64,000 nucleotides of DNA from the human T2T-CHM13v2.0 reference genome, Homo sapiens: assembly GCF_009914755.1 (NCBI RefSeq), contig NC_060947.1; one strand, given 5' to 3'. Below, one piece after another: positions 1-18,199 of this stretch. Each line of letters starts with the position of its first letter. Within the stretch, counting starts at the first letter, position 1. The notes below the pieces were generated by a model, which had not been told where the DNA came from, made no database searches, and worked only from the letters and a program-made list of their open reading frames with translations. A program made the translations under genes and the position numbers.

Positions 1-163
1 GCCAGGCATGGTGGCAGATGCCTGTAATCCCAGCTACTCACGAGGCCGAGGCAGGAGAATCACTTGAACCCAGGAGGCGGAGGTTGCAGTGAGCTGAGAT
101 CAGGCCACTGTACTCCAGCTTGGGTGACAGAGTATAACTCCATCTCAAAAAATTAAAAAAAAA
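1..163 (+). mobile_element. Alu SINE, right arm plus A tail (cut by window edge)
   Basis: GCCTGTAATCCCAGCTACT...GGAGGTTGCAGTGAGC...CTCCATCTC followed by poly(A). Confidence 0.97.
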
Positions 164-1113
164 AGTTTGTAAATATTTTCTCCCATTCTGTAGGTCATCT
201 GTTTACTCCTTTGACAGTTTCTTTTGCTATGTAGAAGCTTTAGTTTAATTACATCCCATTTGTCAAGATTTGCTTTGATTGCAATTGCTTTTGGCGTCTT
301 CGTCATGAAATCCAGTTCCTGTGTCCAGAATGGTATTGCCTAGGTTGTCCTCCAGGGTTTTTATAGTTTGGGGTTTTACATTTAAGTCTTTAATCCATCT
401 TGAGTTGATCTTTGTATATAGTGTAAAGGAGTTCAGTTTTAATTTTTTGCATATGGCTATCCAGTTATCCCAGCACCATTTATTGAGTAAGGAATTCTTT
501 CCCCATTGTTTGTTTTGGTCAGCTTTGTTGCAGCTCAGATCCTTGTAGATGTGTGGCCTTATTTCTGGGCTCTCTATTCTGTTGAATAGTTCTATGTGTT
601 TGTTTCTGTACCAGTACCATGTTGTTTTGTTTACTGTAGCCCTGTATAATTGTTTGAAGTCATGTAAGGTGATGCCTCCGGCTTTGTTCTTTTTGCTTAG
701 GATTGCCATGGCTGTTTGGGCCCTTTTTTTGGTTCCATATGAATTTTAAAATCATTTTTTCTAGTTCTGTGAAGAACGTCATTTGCAGTTTTATAGGAAT
801 AGCATTGAATCTGTAATTTGCTTTGGGCGGTATGGAGAGTTTAATGATATTGATTCTTCCTATGCGTGAGCATGGAATATTTTCCCTTTTGTTTATGTTA
901 TCTCTGATTTGAGTAGTGTTTTGTAATTCTCACTGTACACATCTTTCACCTCCCCGATTAGCTGTATTCCTACGTATGTTATTCTTTTTTTTGGCAATTG
1001 TGAATGGGATTGTGTTTATGATTTGGCTCTCAGATTGGATATTGTTGGTGTACAGGAATCCTACTGATTTTTGTATGTTGATTTTGTATTCTGAAGCCTT
1101 GCCGAAGTTATTC
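164..1113 (-). mobile_element. L1 ORF2 fragment (L1PB-like), degenerate
   Basis: ORF 263..709 reads [44 protein letters not shown], typical of L1 ORF2p downstream of the RT domain. Confidence 0.93.
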
Positions 1114-2680
1114 TAATACAAATTTAATGGCCTCCTGTGTATAAATAATGGAAAAGTTTGGAACCTATTTGGAGAAAAGCGGTAAACTGTTTATTTTTTC
1201 TATAAATGAAATCAAGGGCTTTTCCACATGCAGCAGCAGACCATGATTATAATTCACAGAGTGAAATTACCACCTGAATCTTGGAGATTCTTACTGCATC
1301 AGCAAATAGCAGAATCTCTTTTGTTATTGTATGCACAGAGAGGCTCTCCTTCTAAGCACTCTTCTCTCAATGCCCCCCAAAAATGCAGAGCAACAAGACC
1401 TCCTGGGGTCCACAAACTCTGGTATCCTTACAAAAGTAAAGATAACAGAGAAGGTAATAATCTCTCTGGAAATAAGTAAAATTATTCCCTTGACATGGAA
1501 AGGATGTTACCAAAAAAAAAAAAAATCCTGTGGGAGAACAAATTGAAGCATTCTGTATAGTTTTATTTATATTTTATTTATTTGATATATGAACTCAGTC
1601 ATACCATGAGTGTTTACTGAAAGTATAAAGAAATAGATGAAAAACTGTGGTTCTGTATTTTTTTCCAGAAAGTCAATATATCTTTCAATTTACTAAAACT
1701 GGTAAGATCATCTCATGCTGTAATTTATACAACCCAAGGCCTCCATTATGTATAATTTTGCCCATGTTGCTTATAAAATTTAAAACCCCCTTTTTCTATT
1801 TTAATTTGTAACAGTTTATAAGAAAGGCACACCATCATTATGAGTTGAGACCAAAAATACCACTGTGTAATCATAATATTCATCATCATGAAACTACCAA
1901 CTATATTGTATTACAATAATACCTTAATGGTTAGTTTGGGGGGTTTTGTATAAATATCACAAGTATTTTATTACATGCCCAGATAATTGGGAAGGAGGCG
2001 TAATAACTACTGATGTTTATAATCACATGCTAATTTTCTGCTGCCAGTAACTATGGTATTCATTTTCAATGTGGTCAGTAGGGCTCAGATATTTTATTAC
2101 ATTATAGTGAATATTGCCAGTAGAATATTTGAATATTGATCTTTTATATAAAAGCATAAGATTTCGAGTTTAAATTTATTAGAATAAATGGATGTGAAAT
2201 CTTCTCTATTGCAGCATTATGAGAATATAGATGTCTGTATACCTAAGATATCTAAAGTTGATTTGGTCTATGAAAAGTGATGGGTACAACCCAAACTAAT
2301 TGAATGGAATTACATAGTCAGTGAAAGCAACTCTTTTGACTTCTGCTTTCACAGAATTGTCTTCATCATTGATTTGGTTTCATGTATGTTATGCTTCATT
2401 AAAGGCAATTATAGAAAATGTTTTAATAGTCTGAAATGCATGTAGAATCCATTTAGGTTTAATACAACAAAAATCCTAATATTTATTAATAAATTACTGC
2501 ATATGCTAAGCATATTTTAGCCATTAGATATAATTATACTCTCAAGCTAACTATACATTTTTATTTTTATTTTCAAGAAGGTTAAGTGACTAGCCCAAGA
2601 TTACACAGTAGCAAGTAGCACATTAACTTACCTAAATGAAGATTCACAATGCCCTGAAATGCCAAGACTGATTCTAAGTA

Positions 2681-5066
2681 CAGGCGTACTTTGGAGATAT
2701 TGCAGGTTCAGTTCCAGACCACTGAAATAAAGTGAATATCTCAATAAAGGGAGTTACACAGCTTATTTGTTTCTTAGTGTATATAAAAATTATATTTACA
2801 CTATACTGTAGTCTATTGAGTGTGCAAAGGCATTAACTCTAAAAAAAATCACGCATCTGAATTTAAAAATACTTAATTGCTACAAAATGCTAAAGATCAT
2901 CTGAGCCTTCAGCTAATTGTAACCTTTATGCTGGTAGAGAGTCTTACCTCAATATTAATGGCTGCTGACTGATCAGGAGGTGATGGTCGCCATAGGCTGG
3001 AGTGCTTGTGGCAATTTCTTAAAATAAGACAACAATGAAGTTGGCAACACTGATTGACTCTTCTTTGATGAAAGGTTTCTCTGTAGCATGCAATGCTATT
3101 TGATAGCATTTTTACCCTCAGTAGAGGTTCTTTCAAAATTTGAGTTGTTCTTCTCAAACTCTGCCTCTGCTGTATCAACTAAGTTTATAAATATACTAAA
3201 TTACTTGTTGTCATTTCAAAAATGCTCACAGCCAGGAGTAGATTCCATCTCAAACAAATAAACAAACAAACATTTTATTTGCTCATCCGTAAGAAGCAAC
3301 TTAACTATTCAAGTTTTCCCATGACACTGCAGCAATTCAGTCACATCTTCAGGCTCCCCTTCTAATTCTAGTTCTCTTGCTATTTCTACCACATCTGTAG
3401 TCACTTTCTCCACTGAAATATTGAACCCCCTCGAAGTAATTCATGAAGGTTGAAATAAACTTCCAGATTTCTGTTAAAGTTTATTTTTGACAGTTTCATG
3501 CATCATAAATGTTCTTAATGGCATCTAGAATGGTGAATCATTTTCAGAAGGTGTTCAATTTATTTTGCCCAGATTTCTCAGAGGAATGACTATAGCAGCT
3601 ATAGCCTTATGAAATGTATTTCTTAAATAATAAGACTTGAAAGTCAAAATTACTACTCGATTCATGGACTGCAGAATTGATGTTGTGTTAGCAGGCACGA
3701 AAAAGACATTCATCTCCTCGTGCATCTCCATCAGAGTGCTTGGGTGCATTGTCAATAAGCAGTAATATTTTGAAAATCATATTTTTTGGTTCTGAGCAGC
3801 AGGTATCATCAGTGGGCTTAAAATATTCAGAAAGCCATGCTTAAACAGAAGTGCTGTTGTCCAGGCTTTGTTGTTCTACTTATAGAGCATGGGCAGAGGA
3901 GATTTAGCATCATTCTTAAGAGCTCTAACATTTTCAGGCTGGTAAATGAACATTGGCTTCAAGTTAAAGTAACCAGCTGCATTAACCCCTAACAAGAGGG
4001 TCGGCCTATCCTTTGAAGATTTGAGGCCAGGCATCAACCTCTCCTTTTTAGCTGTGAAAGTCCTAGATGGCATCTTCTTCCAATAGAAGGATGTTTTGCA
4101 TCCATTGAAAATACATTGTTTAGTGTAGCCATCTTCATCAATAATCTTAGCTAGATAATCAGGATAACTTGCTGCAACTTCTACACCAGCACTTGTTACC
4201 TCACCTTGCACTTTTATGTTACGGAGATGGCTTCTTTCCCTAAACCTTATGAACCAACCTCTGCTGCTTCAAGCTTTCCTTCTGTAGCTTCCTCACTTCC
4301 CTCAGTCTTCATAGAATTGGAGAGACTTAGAACCTTTCTCTTAACCAGGCTTCGGTTTAAGGGAATTTTGTGCCTGGTTTGATTTTCTATCCAGACTTCT
4401 GAAACTTTCTTCCTATCAGCAATGAGGCTGTTTCACTGTCTTATGATTTGTGTGTTTACTGGAGTAGCACTTTTGCTTCAATAACTTTTCCTTTGTGTTC
4501 ACAGCTTGGCTAACTGGTGAAAGAGGCCTAGCTTTTAACCTATCTTAGCTTTTAGCATGCCTTCCTCACCAAGCTCAATCATTTCTGGCTTTTCATTTAA
4601 AGCAAGAGATGTGTGATTCTTCCTTTCATTTGAACAATTAGAGGCCATTGTAGGGCTATTAATTGGACTGATTTTAATATGTTGTATCCCAGGGAATAGG
4701 GAGGCCTGAAGAGGGAGAGAAATGGGAGGACGGAAAGTTGGTTGAACAGTCAGAACACACACAACATTTGTTGATGAAATTTGTCTTCCTATATGGGTGT
4801 ATTTTGTGGTACTCAATAATTACAATAGTAACATCAAGGACCACAGATCACAGATCACCATAACAGATATATAATAATGAAAAGGTTTGAAATATTCAAA
4901 AAATTACCAAAATGTGACACAAAGACACAAAGTAAACACATGCTTTGTGAAAAAAGTGTGCTGACAGACTTGCCCAATGCAAGGTTGCTACAAACCATTA
5001 AGTTGTAAAAAGTATCATATCTGTGAAGCACAGTAAAATGAAACACAATAACAAAAATTATGCCTG
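2681..5066 (-). mobile_element. Tigger1 DNA transposon (TcMar-Tigger), near full length, transposase disrupted
   Basis: Ends TA|CAGGCG (2679-2686) and TGCCTG|TA (5061-5068) give terminal inverted repeats with a TA TSD; ORF pieces [54 protein letters not shown] and [22 protein letters not shown] match the Tigger1 transposase. Confidence 0.95.
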
Positions 5067-5297
5067 TAACTCTAAAACAAATGAATTAATCAATAAAAAA
5101 GATCTAAAATCTCCAGAATAAATATTGCAAAGCAGAAGTACAATGTAGTGCCATTTTTTTCAAATATTTTACCCTTTATCAAATGTTTATGAATGGAATT
5201 GACTTAATGCTAACCAAGTAGTTGCAATCCACCATATAAATATCGAGACTAATTCTCTGTAATCCTGGTTATATTCTCCTTCAAATGACATTAACTA

Positions 5298-7560
<2,263 letters not shown>

Positions 7561-7647
7561 TGCCTTATTGCACTTTAATTATTATTTTCTGATCTAATCA
7601 ATGATGATGATTAAACTCAATTGTATCAGAACTCACCCATTTTATAG

Positions 7648-7956
<309 letters not shown>

Positions 7957-8082
7957 TAGAGAATTTTAAATTAAATATTCAACTAAAATTACATGTGTCA
8001 TAGATAGGCTTACATATATGAAACAAATATAAACCTTGGATTCAAGTAGTTTATGATTTCTTATGAAGTTTAATTCTAGTAC

Positions 8083-8488
8083 TGCTATGGTTTGAGGTTT
8101 CTGTCCCCTTCTAAATTCATGTTGAATCTTAATTTTCAATGCAGCAGTATTATGATGTATGGTCTCTAGGAAGCGATTCAGTAATAAGGGTGTTGTCCTC
8201 ATGAATGAGATTAGGTTTTTAAAAAGAGTTTGATGGAAGGAATTTGCCCCTTTTCATTCTTTCCATCCCTTCCACCCACATGAGGACACAACATTCCTCT
8301 TCTGAGGATGCAGCAAAAAGGCGACATCTTGGAAGCAGAAAGCAGGCCTCACCAGGCACCAATCCTGCTGGCACATTGGTCTGGGACTTCTCAGCTTCCA
8401 GAAGTGTACAAAATAAACTTGTTTTTCATAAATTGCCTAGTCTTAGGCTTTTAAAAAATACCTATAACAGTACTAGCAGACAAAGACA
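8083..8488 (+). mobile_element. MaLR solo LTR (MSTD-like)
   Basis: TGCTATGGTTTG...AATAAA...AAGACA ends; 5-bp TSD AGTAC at 8078-8082 and 8489-8493. Confidence 0.88.
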
Positions 8489-8505
8489 AGTACCATATAC
8501 TTGCA

Positions 8506-9828
<1,323 letters not shown>

Positions 9829-9883
9829 TAATTCAAGATAGACATTTAAGAGACAGAAACTAGGTGATCTGCTGCTTTTCCCA

Positions 9884-10288
9884 TTGTTACGATTACCTTA
9901 AGAGGCAAAGGAACCTGCACTCAAACTTTGGTTCTGATGTCTGAGAATGATGATGCCACACTCATACCAAGAGGGTATGAAACGGTTAATTACTTATTTG
10001 AAATCTCCAGGGAGAGCATGCAGGCTTAAAGTGACTTGAGAGCAAGAAAAGAAGAATTACCTGTTTTGTTTTGTTTTTTATTTTGGCTAGGGGATGGGAC
10101 TGAGATGAGAGTTCCTATAAGGGCAGGAATTTGTGTTGCTTGAATTTCTTGCCCCTGTCAGAGAACAAAGAAGGTAGGTTTTCTTATTAGCTTGCCCAGG
10201 TGCAGGGCACAGAAGGGAGAGGAAAAGGTCTGGCATAAAAGCTGTCAGTTGTAAAACATTTAAAACATGGAGTCAGACTCCCTATGTA
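9884..10288 (-). mobile_element. Solo LTR, LTR47-like
   Basis: The reverse complement starts GAGTCTGACTCCATGTTTT..CTGACAGCTTTT..CTGGGCAAGCTAATAAGAAA and ends TTCATACCCTCTTGG..GTGGCATCATC..GACATCAGAACCAAA. Confidence 0.7.
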
Positions 10289-10610
10289 ACTTTTCTACTG
10301 CTGGTGAACATTTAATTTGCTTTGAGTTTTATGTTATTAAGAATAATAAGGCTATGAATATTCTTGTACATGTCTTTGGTAAATACATGAATGCATTTCT
10401 GTTCGTTATATGCCAAGAAGTAGAAAAGCTGGGTCTTAGAGTATGCTTATGTTCTGTTTCAGTAGGTACTGCCGAGCAATTTTCCAAAGAAGTTGTACCA
10501 ATTCACACTTTCACCCAAAGTCAAATTAAGTCCTGGTAGCTCTGCATCCTCATCAATACTTGATATTTTACATAGTTTTAATTTTAGTCATTCTATCATT
10601 GTTATTTGCA
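10289..10610 (-). mobile_element. Old L1M (L1ME-like) 3' fragment
   Basis: GCTATGAATATTCTTGTACATGTCTTTGG...TTTTCCAAAGAAGTTGTACCAATTCACACT...CATCCTCATCAATACTTG. Confidence 0.75.
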
Positions 10611-10635
10611 GGATTAAAGAAAATAATGTGTAGGG

Positions 10636-11041
10636 TGTTAAAATTTGGCTCTGTGTCCCCACGAAAATCTCATGTTGAACTGTAATCTCTAATCTTGGAG
10701 GTGGAACCTACTGGGAGGTGATTGGCTCATGAAGGTGGTTTCTAATGATTTAGCACCATCCTCCTAGTGCCGTCTCATGATAGAGTTCTCACGAGATCTA
10801 GTTGTTTAAAAGTTTAAAAGTGAAGTTTGTAGCACTTCACCCTTTGTTCTCTCTCCTGCTGCCATATGAAGATGTGCTTGCTTCCCCTTTGCCCTTCTGC
10901 CATGATTGAAATTTCCCTGAGGCCTCCCTAGCCATGCCTGTTATACAACCTGTGAAACTGTGAGTCAATTAAACTTCTTTCTGTTATAAATTACTGAGTC
11001 ACAGGTAGTTTTTTATAGCAATGGCAGAATGGACTAATACA
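10636..11041 (+). mobile_element. MSTA-like MaLR solo LTR
   Basis: TTTGGCTCTGTGTCCCCAC..TTAGCACCATCC..GAGTCAATTAAAC..GGACTAATACA. Confidence 0.9.
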
Positions 11042-11234
11042 GGTGTTTATATATTTCTAGCCCCAAAACATGTTACCATCATCATCATCATCACCATATT
11101 AAAGGCACATTTTGTATTGCAAATATCAAGGCATTATCACATTATAAATATAAAATTAATAGAAAATTAACAAATACCCACCACAGAGAAAACTAAAGTT
11201 AATAAATTCTGAATTCTGTGCTGCTCACAGTTTT

Positions 11235-11541
11235 TTCTTTTTTCCTTTTTTTTTTTTTTTGAGATAGAGTCTCTCTTTGTTACCCAGGCTGGAGCTCAGT
11301 GGCATGATTTAGGCTCACTGTAACCTCTGCTTCCTAGGTTCAAGTAATTCTCCTGCCTCAGCCTCCCGAGTAGCTGGGATTACAGGCACACACCACCATG
11401 CCCAGCTAATTTTTTGTATTTTCTGTAGAGATGTGGTTTTGCCATTTGGCCAGGCTGGTCTCGAACTCCTGACCTCAGGTGATCTGCCCACCTCGGCCTC
11501 CCAGAGTGCTGGGATTACAGGCGTAAGCCACCACGCCGGCC
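11235..11541 (-). mobile_element. AluSx-like
   Basis: Full Alu containing GACCTCAGGTGATC; TSD T(G/C)CTCACAGTTTT. Confidence 0.96.
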
Positions 11542-12695
11542 TCCTCACAGTTTTCTTGTCAAACTTCTCTGAATATGCACACTCATAATTAGTTTCTAAT
11601 AGATACAGTATTTTGAATGTTTTCCCCCTTAAGGCTATTGATATGCAAATGTTGTTATCTCTAAATTGAGCTAGTCTCGTGCTTTGACCCCAGGCTGAGC
11701 CCAGCTGGCTATTCGGACAGCCTAAGTGCACCCATCTGGCAAAAGGCAAGTTTGTATATATGGACTCTTGTGTCTCCACTGTAGGTCTTCAGCCAGCTCC
11801 AGGTGCCTTCAGTACGCTGCAGAACTTCTTGCTTACAGTGCAAAACTTTTTGCATATTAGTCAGTTTGGTTGATTCAAGTTAACCATATGTGTTCATTTT
11901 TAAAAGAAATATTTTACTACTCTCTCATAAGCTGCTTATTGATCTACTCTTGAAGAACAAGATATAGTGCAAAGGACAAGATCTAAATAGAGCAAAACCA
12001 GTTGTCCTGTACACTCTGCAGGGAGACATGTTAAATATAAGCAATTTCAAAAATGTAACATTTAACCAGTATTAATGGTCTGAAACAGGAACTTCCTTGA
12101 CACAAGAGCAAAAACGAATCCTTCTGGGAAAATTCCGAAAGCCTTGTTTCAAGATGCTAAACATCTGGTTGGTCATATAGGAACTCAGCTTTACTTTTTG
12201 CCACCTTCTTCATAATCTTTCTTCCCTTGCCTACACAAGCACATGGTCTGGCTATACATCCATCACTGTGTGGCTGATGGAAGGCCTAAGTGCTCAGTGT
12301 TTTAATTGGAGTGCTTTAAAATTTCTTCTAAGTATAAAGCCTACAGTGATTCAAGCTAGAAATTTTTGAATGTTTCCTAGGCTTGTTATCTATTATAAAT
12401 GCTGTTATATCCTAAATGTGTTATGTACATGAGAGTAGAAGTTCTTAAATATTCTGTCTTCATTGTCTTATACTTACTAAACTCTTGAGAGACTCCTTTT
12501 GGAGTATAAAATGTCACAATTCACTTATGTAAATGTTGGCTGCAGCTGAAAGCCTGTTCCACATTTAGCAAGACAAAAGAAAAGGGAATAAAGGGCATTG
12601 CAATTGAGCCTATATTATACAAATTATAAGATGTTTGTTTTACTTATTTTCCTTTCTTTTTGCCCTTTTCGTCTTTCATTCATGATTGCTGTCAT

Positions 12696-13828
<1,133 letters not shown>

Positions 13829-13901
13829 GTATTTGGGACACTTCTTTAAAGGAATAGAAAATAAGGGCAATCATTCTGAAGAAAGGAAATGACACAACTT
13901 A

Positions 13902-14410
13902 CTGAACAAGATTGTCTCAACATTGCTTTCAGCTTGACTCAACTTTAGTAGAAAGATTTCCTGACTCTAGTCCTCTGGGCTGCCTTTCTTGGGGTATTTA
14001 CTTTAGAAAACTTACAACTGCAGATCATTTCTTTGCCCCTTTGAAACGTATATAAATCTTATCTCAGCATCTTGCTAGTTTCCCAATCCAGACAATATCT
14101 TTCTCAAGGACCTGCGATCCATCTTTTTGAAATGTAAACATTAAAGGTGATAGAGTAATAGTACTTCTATCTCCCAGCCTCTGTGTGAGGGTAGAAGCCT
14201 AACTTAGAAAGGTGCCAGTTAAAAAACACAGATGGCCTAATCACAGTGGAAAATATTTGCAAACTCAAGAATAACTCAATGTGCTCCACAATGTGATCCA
14301 CATTGATCAACCCTCCCCCAACATCCTCCAGTAATTTTCCAGTAGCTCACCCCAGTGTTAAAAAACCTTTCACCTGTTGCAATAGCCTGTGTAAAATCTG
14401 TTTTCATCCT
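13902..14410 (+). mobile_element. ERV1 LTR, MER67-like
   Basis: ATTGCTTTCAGCTTGAC..TTTACTTTAGAAAACTT..TTTCTCAAGGACCTG..CTATCTCCCAGCCTCTGTG..AGCCTAACTT. Confidence 0.6.
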
Positions 14411-14702
14411 CTAAATTTTATGCTCCCAGGGTCCAGTCCCAGCTTCGAGCATTTTATATGTTTAAATCAATTTTGATAATGGCATTTGAGTCTCATAGAA
14501 ATGTTGCATATCCTGCCCTAGAGGAGTTTACATTCTGAAATGGCTAATGCTACAAGATTCTACTTTATACAATTTGAAATGAGATGCAATCACTTACTTT
14601 GGAAATAAGAACAGCTTCAGAGAAAATGCAGTTTTTAGGCATGATCCAAATAAATGATGTAATAAGGAATCCTTCAAAAAATCACAGATGAATCCTGAAA
14701 CC

Positions 14703-15150
14703 TGTTGACAATGTCATCTTGTAGAAATAAGTAAAGACTAATCCCATGAGAATAACCAAAGGCTATTTCTTCAGAGATTGCTATGGCAAAGGAGTCAGCC
14801 ACTATCATCACATGCATTTCGCAGAGATTCAAAGGCAAACAGAAGATTTGGAAAGCTTTGTGTTGTACAGACAAAAAGGCTTCAGGCATGAAACTTAACT
14901 GATTGGAGGTTGCTGGCATGGGGAAGTTGGAGGTGGGCTAACTAGAAGTGGGCATCTTATTTAACTTTAACTTTCTGTGGTTGGCCCTGAATTGGAAGCA
15001 GATGAAAAATGCAGGGAAGCTAGCAGTGATTGACAAACTTCTGATCATTCTGGACTAATTGCTCAGAAGCTGTACTCTAGCTTCCCAAACAGGTTGCTTC
15101 AAAATGTGCAGGTCAGAGTTCTATGGCCAGAGATCATCTAGCCAATGTCC
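14703..15150 (-). mobile_element. ERV1 LTR, MER89/MER90-like
   Basis: AAAGGCTATTT..GGAGTCAGCCAC..GATTGGAGG..GGCATGGGGAAG..GGGCTAACTAGAAG blocks. Confidence 0.55.
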
Positions 15151-16300
15151 TTTTTTCTTTTATTGAGAACATGTTCTTTATATTTAGCAAAGTAGGGAAA
15201 TTACAGAGTCTTTCCTGTCCTATTGTTTTACATATAAAACAACAGATAATTATATTTGGATTTACCATTGGTTCATAATTTCTGCCCCAGGCAAAGTAAT
15301 ACAGTGATTATCTCCCTTCCTCATCATGTCTCTGTAGAAACAGTGCATGTCATAAGGGAGAGTATATCTATGCCTTGTCATTGATAAATGACTGAGTAAT
15401 GACAGGCCCAAATTCCAGGAATGTTCTGGACAACAAAAAGACTCCTCTCGTATCTAAGAGCTGGCACATTCTGTGGGAAATATCTGGGTGGTTTTAGGCA
15501 TTGATGCTAAAAAGGGAATAAAGGACACTGTGAAACCTTTTTTTTTTTGCAGTCTTTGTCCTTCAATTTCCCGAAGAACATATGTCTATATGATTTTAAA
15601 GATAACAGTGTGCTATGGAGAATGGAGAGATAGCAAAAACTAAAATAAATGAGGTTAATTTTAGTAAATAGGCTGATGTCTGGGTTGGGCATTTGAGATA
15701 AAGGGAAACCAGAGAGAAGACAGGCTGTGAACATGTTCCAAATAATCATCCAATGTGGAGCACACTGATAGAAGTGGTATAGTGATAGCACTACAGTGAT
15801 AGTAAAAGACAAGAACCTGATGCTACAAATAAACTATGCTATACATTACCCTGGATGTCTAGATTTTATTAAATAAGTGGCAGGTAATCTTCAATGGCAT
15901 ACATATCTTTTCGTGGCAATGGATAATGACAGAATAGTTCCACTCAGGGGAAAGGGACATGCAGGATCTTGCAACCCAGGACTACACAGGCTTGATCTGG
16001 GGTAAAATAACTCAGAAAGAGGGATTCTCCCAAAAGAAAAGTATCAGCGCAAGTTTTAATTCATAAAAGTCAGATGTGTAGACAATGCAGGACATCCAGA
16101 GAGGCTGTATAGAAGTTAGAATATGTTGTGAGAAGTCACAGACAGTGAAGTTTTCAGGATTATGTAAACACTGGGTTATAAGGAGTAAAAGAGGCAAACC
16201 ATGACTCATGAGCAGGCTCCATGTATAGGAGAGCAAGACAAAATAAGACCAAGTTCAGTGAAACAATAGCAGCAAATATATAATTACAATCAAAGTGTAG

Positions 16301-16948
16301 TTGATTTGCCTTTCTCTGATGATTAGTGATATTGAACATTTTTCGTGTTTTATATAGGTTTTTTGAAGATGTACAACCTGCTTGTACGTCTTCTTCTGTG
16401 AAGTGTTTGTTCATGTTGTTTGCCCGGTTTTTAATGGATTATTTGTTTTTTGCTTGTGATTTAAGTTCTTTGCAGATTCTGGATATTAGACTTTTGTCAG
16501 ACTCAAAGTTTGCAAATGTTTTCTCCCTTTCTGTAGGCTGTCTGTTTACTCTGTTGATAGTTTCTTTTATTGTGCAGAAAATAAATGCAAATCAAAACCA
16601 CAATGAGATACTATCTCACACAAGTCAGAATGTGTATTATTAAAAAGTTAAAAAATAACTGATGCTGGTGAGACTGTGGAGAACAGGGAAGGCTCATACA
16701 CTGTTGAATGGAATGCAAATTAGTTCAGCCACTGTGGAAAGCTGTTTGGAGATTTCTCAAAGAACTTCAAGGAGAACTATTATTTGACCTAGTAACCCCA
16801 TTACTGGGTATATACCCAAAGGAAAATTAATTATTCTACCAAAACTACACATGTGCTCGAATGTTCATCATAGTGCTATTGGTTTGGATAGAAAAACTTT
16901 GATACATATACAACATGGAATACTACACAGTCGTAAAAGAATGAAAAT
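16301..16948. mobile_element. L1PB-like fragment with internal inversion (- strand 16301-16579, + strand 16580-16948)
   Basis: The reverse segment ends at ..ATCAGAGAAAGGCAAATCAA and the forward segment begins AAATGCAAATCAAAACCACAATGAGATAC, the same L1 coordinate. Confidence 0.85.
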
Positions 16949-18199
16949 GTAGTTAAGGATTAGAAGCACCAAATTAGTTCACAAAATTTGTTAGGTTGAA
17001 GTTAACCCATTTTTCCACTTATAAAAATGTATAAAGTATTTCACACAAAAACATTCATGCTATTATGTGTTAACTTTTCCCCTGACACTAGAGTTACAGG
17101 AATTCCTCTGTAACAACTTGCAAATCTCAGGGAATCAAGAGTAGGTGTGGATAGGACTTGAAAGCATCACAGAGCAAATCAGCACATGGACAAACTATGC
17201 TCAATCTTTTGTAAAAAAATTCTCTGGAACATTGATTTTAGGTTACCTAGAAGCATAATGTGTTCATCATGTTTACTTTCAAACTACTGTGTTTTGTCTT
17301 CAACTTTAGTGTTGAGTGGCTCTTCTACTCTATAGAAATATGCTGCCTGGTTAGTTTTTCTCCCTCCATCATGGGTTTCAGGTCCCAATCCAGAAGGGTG
17401 TGTTTTTGCCAAAAGCTTGATCACTCTACCATATGTCATTTCGATGGTCAAAGAGTTCCTTATATATTTTTCTATGATATATTTAGAAAAAAACCATAAT
17501 AAGTTTGGTTTAGGGGTTAGAATGAAGCACACAAAGATAGCTTAAAATTATAAAATATATACTGGCTTTCTTCTGGGGAGAGGAAAAATGTAGTGTCATG
17601 AGGCCAGAGGAAGGCTGGGTCAGAACAAAGATGCATCAGCAGGAAGGATAGAGCCCTCTTTTTGGAGGCCACGATAGTCCTGGGAAAATAATAGAAGAAA
17701 AGCAAGGGGACCTCAAGTGAAAATAAAAGCAACATAAAAATTTGGAGAATTTTACACCATATTCTAAAGCGTATTTTTCACTAAAGTACATTAATGGAGA
17801 TTTAATTTGAAAATAGTAATATCTTTGTGCAGTAAAATGTGGAACAAAAATGTGGCAGATATCTACTGCACTGTGTTCTCAACACACATTATCTGTTTAC
17901 TTTTCACCAGGATTCTATAAAATAGGCACAATTTTATGACAAGTTTTAAGTATTATGGAAATAAGGGTCAGAGCTATGCAGAAGAGCCAGAATTTATACT
18001 CAAATACTCATCAGGACTTTGGCTTTTTAACCAAAATTCTAAGCCACTTTAGGACTCACTTCCCTATTATTCACATAGCTAGTCCCAGGTAATTACAATA
18101 AAGTTCAGCAATTTGCTGAGATTACACAGCTGGTAAGTGGTAGAAACAAACTTAGATTCTGAAATAGCATGTAAAATATTGTAACTAAAAAACACCTTG

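Noticed and set aside
1228-1546. Overlapping ORFs in unique sequence
   Set aside because: Short, with no homology I recognise and no convincing splice signals
15507-16300. Hydrophobic - strand ORFs (15507..15812, 16012..16236) resembling a GPCR or olfactory-receptor pseudogene
   Set aside because: No DRY, NPxxY, MAYDRY or PMY motifs; hydrophobicity is explained by the T-rich strand; more likely unique or ancient LTR-derived DNA
17284-17532. 82-aa - strand ORF with protein-like composition
   Set aside because: No recognisable domain and no good splice acceptor; length within chance expectation
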